10,759 bases of DNA, from assembly GCA_016840855.1 (NCBI GenBank), contig JAEORO010000205.1:1-10759 (forward strand). Reading direction: 5' to 3'. Made by a program: the position numbers and the translations under genes. The stretch is from Candidatus Thorarchaeota archaeon. GTDB taxonomy: Archaea; Asgardarchaeota; Thorarchaeia; Thorarchaeales; Thorarchaeaceae. Shown here one piece after another: positions 1 to 5,821 of this stretch (positions are counted from its first letter, which is position 1; every line of letters begins with the position of its first letter). The notes beneath the pieces were generated by a model. That model did no database searches. It was not told where the DNA came from and was given only the letters and a program-made list of their open reading frames with translations.

Positions 1-1710
1 CATCCATCGACACGATTGAATCAGTTTCATTTAGTGATATCCGGGTTTTCAAGTAATGCAAGAATAACGAAGGATGTTCTAAAATATCAGATATGACCCT
101 GAAATCGTTGAGGTATACGAACCAAGGCCACTCTTTTCCTGAAAGAAGATTCAATCTTTGTGCAGATGACAGATGTGCACTTATTTCGTATATTGGTTCA
201 AAACTAACTAGTATTATGAATATGTGCTTGAATTTCGCATTTTCAATAGAAATTACATGCTCTCCTTTCTCGTTATAGAATGGAACTACTTTATCCGATT
301 TGATATAATGTATAGCACGCGTTGCCTGATTATGTGCTGATTTTAAAATGTCCTTCAAATTATCTCTTAATTTTGTTATAGATCCTCTTTTTGCCGAGAT
401 TGGAATTGAACCTGCCTTTGCTTCAACAATTACCAAACAATCATCATATTCTATCAATCCATCCAGTTCAAAGGGACTCTCTCCTTCCAACATACTATAG
501 TAGAGGTTTCTATGTACTTTAGACTCTGGACGTAATTTACTACTTATATCAAGCGAAGTATTTTCGACGTATTTTGATCTGCTTGGTAGATAACTTCTAT
601 TGTAATAACGAGAAGAATGTTTCTCTAGAAGGTTTTCGAAGAGTTGTATTCTATTCATTGATAGAAGCCAAGGATAAAATAGATAATATTTCTCTTTGAA
701 TTTGATAAAGGGTCTACTATTTATGATTGTATCGTTCGTTGGCCATCCTCTCCATTTTTGTAATCCTAAAAGAAATTCTTCATTATCTCCGAAGATGCAA
801 CTCATTTTTTCGAGTATGGCTCTGTCAGAATCACTATGAGGTTGAATTTTGAAAACATCGTAGTCACCTAGAGTGTTTCTGAATGAATTCTCAATATCTT
901 CCATTGAGGGTGTTCCTTGGCTGTCTTTATGTTTATGTGAATCAGGTTCTTTCACATCTTTTTGCTCTGTATTTATCAATTGCTTCATTTTTTCTTGAAA
1001 TTCAACTAACTTACTATGATACTTTTGATTCTCTTTTCTAAATGCAGAAGTAATGGATTCCTCGATACGACCTAGAAATTCATTATAATCAGTAGATGAG
1101 AATGATATAATTTTCTGCAGGTGACTATTATGAGGTTTAAATAAATCCAGAAATGTTTGTTCTATATGACTTGTGTAGTCATTTCCTCTTACGAACAGAA
1201 AACGTACTATCAAGGCGCCTCGAAGTAACTCCTCAGACATGTTTTCTTTTTTAGTAGAACTAATGGGTCCAAAATACATTTCCAAGCTGAGTTTCAACAT
1301 ATTCCACAAAAGAGGAACTTTTGTGATTGCTTCGAATGTTGGTTGTTTTAGTGATTCTTTATAGGGCTTAGCTAAGGCAAGACTTGCGAAGTATTCAACA
1401 ATGGTTAGACTAACTGTGATTTGTGATTCAACATATGTTTCTGCATTTAATAATCCCACATTCTTCGATAACCAAGAAATAAGATCTAATGGATTATATT
1501 CATCTAATATCTGTTCGATTTCCTTGATATTTTTATTAATCCCATCATACAATCTTTTTTGGGATTTGTTTTCGCGTTTCACCATGAGTAACCGCTTCCC
1601 TCAACTACATTAGCATTTTCACTTAGAATCATTAATTGGATACTCGCAATACAATTTCAAATCTCTGTATTGATTGCTTGTAAATTCTTAGATAGAAAAT
1701 ATAATCCCCA
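1..1710. mobile_element. Probable end of an AT-rich integrated element or island abutting the tRNA-Phe fragment
   Basis: Composition shifts at the tRNA fragment: hand counts give 16/60 G+C for line 661 and 21/60 for line 421, against 27/60 for line 1861 and 33/60 for line 3781. The cargo is nuclease-like. No integrase or transposase is visible in the window. Confidence 0.5.
2..1585 (-). CDS. Large PD-(D/E)XK / NERD-like nuclease domain protein, 3'-partial (at least 528 aa, runs off the left edge)
   Basis: Manual translation of the minus strand from ATG at 1585 (MVKRENKSQKRLYDGINKNIKEIEQILDEYNPLDLISWLS...) stays open to base 2. It contains YVE...ELDGLIEYDDCLVIVEAK (469->416)...SAHNQATRAIHYI, matching the E...D...ExK plus Q-helix pattern of PD-(D/E)XK/NERD folds. 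Purine-rich GAGGGAAG lies upstream. Absent from the ORF track because no stop falls inside the window. Confidence 0.85.
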   Translation of the reverse strand, partial: MVKRENKSQKRLYDGINKNIKEIEQILDEYNPLDLISWLSKNVGLLNAETYVESQITVSLTIVEYFASLALAKPYKESLKQPTFEAITKVPLLWNMLKLSLEMYFGPISSTKKENMSEELLRGALIVRFLFVRGNDYTSHIEQTFLDLFKPHNSHLQKIISFSSTDYNEFLGRIEESITSAFRKENQKYHSKLVEFQEKMKQLINTEQKDVKEPDSHKHKDSQGTPSMEDIENSFRNTLGDYDVFKIQPHSDSDRAILEKMSCIFGDNEEFLLGLQKWRGWPTNDTIINSRPFIKFKEKYYLFYPWLLSMNRIQLFENLLEKHSSRYYNRSYLPSRSKYVENTSLDISSKLRPESKVHRNLYYSMLEGESPFELDGLIEYDDCLVIVEAKAGSIPISAKRGSITKLRDNLKDILKSAHNQATRAIHYIKSDKVVPFYNEKGEHVISIENAKFKHIFIILVSFEPIYEISAHLSSAQRLNLLSGKEWPWFVYLNDFRVISDILEHPSLFLHYLKTRISLNETDSIVSMD

Positions 1711-1712
1711 AA

Positions 1713-1756
1713 CACGGTCTTCAGCCGTGCGATCTCCCAGGCTGATCTACCGCGGC
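1713..1756 (-). tRNA. tRNA-Phe(GAA), 5' portion only (positions 1-43); T-arm and 3' acceptor strand absent
   Basis: Minus strand reads GCCGCGG TA GATC AGCCTGGGA GATC G CACGG CTGAAGA CCGTG: acceptor 5' strand, U8-A9, 4-bp D stem with GG in the loop, perfect 5-bp anticodon stem, CU-GAA-GA loop with G37. It then continues TTTGGGGATTATATTTTC..., with no GTTCRAATC and no CCGCGGC. Confidence 0.88.
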
Positions 1757-1788
1757 ATAGCCTGCAATTCGTTTTCCTAGGCTTTTGT

Positions 1789-1797
1789 GATATAAAG
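1789..1797 (-). promoter_or_regulatory. TATA box of the tRNA-Phe gene
   Basis: Minus strand CTTTATATC lies about 35-40 nt upstream of tRNA position 1, consistent with an archaeal promoter and a short 5' leader. Confidence 0.6.
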
Positions 1798-1814
1798 ATA
1801 GCGCCATGGTGTGA

Positions 1815-2288
1815 TTATTGCAATTTCTCAACAGCCATCTTCACTTCATCAAAAGGCGGGAGCTTGCCTGGATTATCACTCACCCACGCATAGACAACTG
1901 TTTGGTCCACATCAATGACAAATACAGCTCTCTTTGCGACGTCTTTCATACCTGCTAAATCTGGATGGACTACTTCATAGCTCCTGATGACTGTTTTTTC
2001 CCAATCTGAAAGGAGAGGGAACTGAATGTCATTGACTTCCTTGAATGCCTTATGGCTGAAAATTCCATCGACCGAGATTCCCAGTACATTTGCTCCCATG
2101 TCATTATAATCTGCCAACACATCTCTAAACCTGCAGAGCTCTTCCTGACAAACAGAACTGAAATCTGCTGGGTAGAATACAAGCACAACAGGACCCTTTT
2201 GGAGTTCCTCACTCAAGGTAACAGTTTTTCCCGGGGCTTCTAAGAGTGTAAAATCTGGAGCTTCACTTCCTACATCCAATCTTGTCAA
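1815..2288 (-). CDS. Peroxiredoxin (AhpC/TSA family; BCP/PrxQ- or AhpE-like)
   Basis: FYPADFSSVCQEELC contains the PxxxSxxC peroxidatic motif with a second Cys 5 residues downstream. Also APDFTL, VLGISVD, FPLLSD and KRAVFVID. Start placed at TTG 2288 behind a GAGGTG RBS; the track's GTG at 2297 is itself part of that RBS. Confidence 0.92.
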   Translation of the reverse strand: MTRLDVGSEAPDFTLLEAPGKTVTLSEELQKGPVVLVFYPADFSSVCQEELCRFRDVLADYNDMGANVLGISVDGIFSHKAFKEVNDIQFPLLSDWEKTVIRSYEVVHPDLAGMKDVAKRAVFVIDVDQTVVYAWVSDNPGKLPPFDEVKMAVEKLQ

Positions 2289-2356
2289 AACAAGCACCTC
2301 ACAATGAATCGCTCTGAATTTGATTTTTAAGATTTGAGATGCTGCAATATCTCTCT

Positions 2357-2878
2357 TTACTTAATTTTGTAATTCATATAACTTGCAACAAAGGCAGTCG
2401 CGATTGCTGCTGCGTTTACCCCAAGAATGTAAACAAATAACGGATCAAGAAATGCAAGGGTGGCTAGCCATGATGGCAGACTTCCTGCGTCTGCAAATCC
2501 GAACGGGACGAAGTAAAACAAGAAAAACACACAAGTCAAGAGACCTACGCCCAAAAACACAGGCATGTCTGATGTGGAACGAGCAAATGCTGATAACCTA
2601 CCAATCCAGTTTGTCTGGCCTCTCTGTCTTCTACGTGTCTTTCTCTTCGCTAAGATATGTGCCCATCGATACATTGCTTCAGCCATGAGTATGTATGAGC
2701 CTCCAAGCACCACCATTACTCCAATTGACACAAGTAGTTGGAGTTCTGCGCTGAGAACGTTGACATAGAGCTGTGCATGCCAGATTATTGGTATCTGAAC
2801 AAAACCTGCAATACCTAATAGTATTAGAACAAGACCGGGTTTGCTGCCACGTCTCCACCATACTGCAAGGCTCATCAT
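2357..2878 (-). CDS. Hypothetical integral membrane protein (about 4 TM segments)
   Basis: Four hydrophobic stretches with a basic loop (KRKTRRRQR) between the second and third. AGGTGA RBS upstream of the ATG. Confidence 0.75.
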   Translation of the reverse strand: MMSLAVWWRRGSKPGLVLILLGIAGFVQIPIIWHAQLYVNVLSAELQLLVSIGVMVVLGGSYILMAEAMYRWAHILAKRKTRRRQRGQTNWIGRLSAFARSTSDMPVFLGVGLLTCVFFLFYFVPFGFADAGSLPSWLATLAFLDPLFVYILGVNAAAIATAFVASYMNYKIK

Positions 2879-2944
2879 TTTTCACCTATCTTGTAACTGG
2901 CCGCTCAAATTTGAGTCTGCACTTTAAGGTTTTGGAATAAATAA

Positions 2945-3460
2945 TTACAACTTCAGTGACTCAACTTTGAACCACTCGCCATGGTCTTCAGAATAGTGTT
3001 GTCCAAATCCGATATCTGTGATTAATTCCATTACTCTTGGGAGTGTCTGATTCTGGCTTCCCCTAACGCCATATCCCGTCTTAGATAATGTTCCGTCAGG
3101 GAACGTGAATGTAGCCCAGAATATTAGACTGTCGCCGTGATTTGGAATAAGACTCGCCATGATGGATAATTTTCCATTCTTTTTGAGTACACGATGAGCT
3201 GCTTCAAGGACTGCGCGCTTTGTGCTCCAAGTACTCATAAAACCAAGTGAGAACCATAAGGTCACCGAATCGAAAATCTCGTCTTTGAAACAAGGATACC
3301 TACCATCTGCGACAAACCAGTTTGATGAGTGACTATGAATTTGAGCCTCTCTGATTTCACTCATTCTTATATCCAAAACACAGACTTTGTTTCCTTCAAT
3401 CCTTGATACGAGGCCCTCTCCTCCTCCACCAATATCTAGAATCAGACCATCATCAATCAC
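2945..3460 (-). CDS. Class I SAM-dependent methyltransferase (start uncertain)
   Basis: Motif I ILDIGGGGEG, acidic VCVLDI, ADGRYPCFKDEIFDSV, and AHRVLKKNGKL. The frame stays open for 20 more codons upstream, to the TAG at 3521-3523. Confidence 0.85.
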   Translation of the reverse strand: MIDDGLILDIGGGGEGLVSRIEGNKVCVLDIRMSEIREAQIHSHSSNWFVADGRYPCFKDEIFDSVTLWFSLGFMSTWSTKRAVLEAAHRVLKKNGKLSIMASLIPNHGDSLIFWATFTFPDGTLSKTGYGVRGSQNQTLPRVMELITDIGFGQHYSEDHGEWFKVESLKL

Positions 3461-3520
3461 GTGTTCAAGGTTAATCTTCTGAGGTAGAGTCTCGATATGT
3501 GTTTGAGCTTCAGGCGAGGT

Positions 3521-4150
3521 CTATCCCTCCTCAGCATCCTCTACAAAATCCGTAATATCCTCTAGAATTTGATCAAAGTTTGGTATTTGTTCTAATGCGT
3601 GCTCATGAGTTCTCATAGCATCTTTTGTTCTCCCCTCTTCCTCATAATAACTGATTAGATTTAGCCATCCAACGAAATGCTCTGGTCGAATCTCTATTGC
3701 CTTCTTTAGCGCTTGTTCAGCCTCTTCACGTCTTCCAAGAGTTGCTAGTACCACTCCTAGATTACACCAAGTGTCAGAATCCTCCGGATCCAGCTCGGAT
3801 GCTCTCCTAAATGCGAGTTCTGCATCTTCAAGTTGGTCCGTCGCGTTGTAGACACATCCGAGATTGTACCACACATCTGATTCTTCATCGTTGTGTTCCA
3901 GTGCTCCCTTGAGTGCTTGTTCTGCTTCGTCAAATCTGTTCTGTACGAACAACACAGCTCCTAAGTCACGCCAAGCATCAATAGAACTAGGATTCAGATT
4001 TAGAACAGTCTGGAATGCAATTTCTGCACCCCTAAGGTCACCTTCCTCATAGAGCAATCCACCTAACTCATACCAACTCTCTGGGTTTCTTGTGTCCTTT
4101 CCTCTCTCTTCTAGCTGTCTACTGAGGTTTTTTTGAATCGATTTGGTCAT
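3521..4150 (-). CDS. Tetratricopeptide repeat protein (5 TPRs)
   Basis: Five 34-aa repeats of W..LG......G/N...A......AL...P (WYELG, WRDLG, WYNLG, WCNLG, WLNLI). GAGGA RBS upstream. Ends in TAG. Confidence 0.92.
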   Translation of the reverse strand: MTKSIQKNLSRQLEERGKDTRNPESWYELGGLLYEEGDLRGAEIAFQTVLNLNPSSIDAWRDLGAVLFVQNRFDEAEQALKGALEHNDEESDVWYNLGCVYNATDQLEDAELAFRRASELDPEDSDTWCNLGVVLATLGRREEAEQALKKAIEIRPEHFVGWLNLISYYEEEGRTKDAMRTHEHALEQIPNFDQILEDITDFVEDAEEG

Positions 4151-4287
4151 ATCTGGTCCTCGAAAGATGATACCTAATATATTCTTGATTATGTGTCTCT
4201 CTTTTGAAGATCTTGAGAAAGCGACAGAAAATAAGGAATATTACGTTGTTTGACACTCTTTTTCAATGAACATGGAGCAGAATATCA

Positions 4288-4917
4288 ATGGATCTCACAG
4301 ATATCACAAACATGATTGTCGAGCTTGACATCGATAATGTAGCGAACGCTGTTCAGCAGCAAATCAACGCTGGCGCAAACCCACAAGACATTCTAAAAGC
4401 GCTTACAATGGGAATGGAAGAAGTCGGCAGAAGATATGAAGCAGATGAGTATTTTCTTGCTGAACTTGTTCTAGCTGGTGATACCATGAAAACAGCATTT
4501 GAGGTCCTTAAGCCACACCTGAAGTCAGAAGACACTGGTGACAAGACCCCTATCATCGCAGCCACTGTCAAAGGAGACAACCATGATATCGGGAAAAATA
4601 TTCTCATCTCAATGTTGGTATCAGCTGGATTTGAAGTGGTTGATCTTGGAACCGACTGCCCCGCAGAGAAGATTGTTGATGCTGTTAGAAACACAAGCAC
4701 CAAAATTGTTGCTCTCAGTGCGCTACTTACGATGACAATGAGAGAGATATCTACTGTTGACAAGGCCCTCCAAGAGGCTGGTCTGCGAAACAATGTGAAG
4801 ATAATAGTGGGTGGAGCCCCGCTCTCTATGGAGCTAGCCAAAGAGTTAGGTGCAGATGATTATGGTCCAGACGCTATTGATGGTGTGAAACGGATCAGGG
4901 CTCTATTGGAAAGCTGA
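4288..4917 (+). CDS. Methyltransferase cognate corrinoid (cobalamin-binding) protein, MtmC/MttC/MtaC-like
   Basis: N-terminal cap domain GMEEVGRRYEADEYFLAEL and B12-binding signature GDNHDIGKN...SALLT...IVGGAP (DxHxxG-SxL-GG). GGAG RBS upstream. Confidence 0.93.
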   Translation: MDLTDITNMIVELDIDNVANAVQQQINAGANPQDILKALTMGMEEVGRRYEADEYFLAELVLAGDTMKTAFEVLKPHLKSEDTGDKTPIIAATVKGDNHDIGKNILISMLVSAGFEVVDLGTDCPAEKIVDAVRNTSTKIVALSALLTMTMREISTVDKALQEAGLRNNVKIIVGGAPLSMELAKELGADDYGPDAIDGVKRIRALLES

Positions 4918-4926
4918 TTTAGTTCA

Positions 4927-4949
4927 GTGACTTCGAAAATGCGTCACTA
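4927..4949 (+). terminator. Short hairpin just after the corrinoid gene (possible terminator or stability element)
   Basis: AGTGAC-TTCGAAAATGC-GTCACT, a 6-bp stem about 10 nt after the TGA. No strong U-tract follows. Confidence 0.25.
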
Positions 4950-5065
4950 AGTTCCTTATACTAGCTGCAACAAATATATTGGTATAGATACGCAATCATT
5001 ATGTCCTTTAGAAACCATTGATTATCCACTGGAGATTATATGTCCATTCCTAGGTGTGAATATTT

Positions 5066-5230
5066 TTGGAAGAAGATGAATCTGCCCTCGAAACAGGTTT
5101 CAAGGTAGTTGCAATCATGCAGACCATAACAGAGGATTTGGATGAATCCGGGAAGAAGGCTTGGCGCAAGATGCTTGGACTGGATAAGACTGAGTCTAGT
5201 AAGAGCAAGAATTCTAAAAGAAAGAAATGA
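5066..5230 (+). CDS. Small hypothetical protein (54 aa) with acidic N-terminus and basic tail
   Basis: TTG start after an AGGTG RBS: MEEDESALETGFKVVAIMQTITEDLDESGKKAWRKMLGLDKTESSKSKNSKRKK*. Shorter than any ORF in the track. Confidence 0.55.
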   Translation: MEEDESALETGFKVVAIMQTITEDLDESGKKAWRKMLGLDKTESSKSKNSKRKK

Positions 5231-5401
5231 TTGTCTTGAAACTATGATATATGTGGTTGAGTCATCTTACATGTATGACATGCTAAAATGCAGTAATTAT
5301 CATCTATAAGTTAAGCAGATAATATCTAATCCATCTAGTAAATTAAAATGAGCACAAGTTTGAAAGGTTAGAACTCTCAGGTCATAAAGAGGAGTAGAAC
5401 C

Positions 5402-5821
5402 ATGTTTATAGTCAGGCCTGTGAATGTCGAACGTTGTATCTCTTGCTACTCCTGTGTATTTGCGTGCAGCCGTCGGACAGGACATGTTGATATCGGACAT
5501 GCGGCACTTCGAATCAAATCAACTCCTCCACCCACTGCTGGGGGGTCGGGAGGAAATTATGTAGTAATCATGTGCAGAGCTTGCACAGAACCAGTCTGCC
5601 TTGAAGCATGTCAGTATGATGCAATCAAACAAAAACCCGGCGGCGGAATTATAATCAATCAAGTAAAATGTATTGGCTGTGGCGATTGCGCTGATGTGTG
5701 CCCTCTTACTGCTATCTTCATCGACTCATTTCGAAAGAAAGCTGTTGTGTGTATACATTGTGGTGAATGTACTGACTGGTGTCCGCATAACATTTTGATA
5801 AAGGAGGACATAGGAAAATGA
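5402..5821 (+). CDS. 4x[4Fe-4S] polyferredoxin-type small subunit of the AOR-family enzyme
   Basis: 16 Cys in four groups: CISCYSCVFAC, CRACTEPVCLEAC, CIGCGDCADVC, CIHCGECTDWC. GAGGAG RBS. ATGA overlap with the next gene. Confidence 0.93.
   Translation: MFIVRPVNVERCISCYSCVFACSRRTGHVDIGHAALRIKSTPPPTAGGSGGNYVVIMCRACTEPVCLEACQYDAIKQKPGGGIIINQVKCIGCGDCADVCPLTAIFIDSFRKKAVVCIHCGECTDWCPHNILIKEDIGK

Noticed and set aside
93-1613. Plus-strand ORFs 93-278 and 1401-1613
   Set aside because: Antisense shadows of the long minus-strand nuclease ORF, with no recognisable motifs.
1647-1672. TTCAAATC inside a CAATACA/TGTATTG hairpin as the missing tRNA T-arm
   Set aside because: It is on the opposite strand from the tRNA fragment, has no G53-C61 closing pair and no acceptor 3' strand follows.
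1815-2288. Selenocysteine/SECIS usage in the peroxiredoxin or other redox genes
   Set aside because: Catalytic positions are Cys codons, no in-frame TGA interrupts any domain, and the hairpins at 4927 and 10389 do not form a convincing SECIS.
4194-4226. Imperfect inverted repeat centred on AAGATCTT in the divergent TPR/corrinoid intergenic region
   Set aside because: The arms are too mismatched to distinguish from chance.
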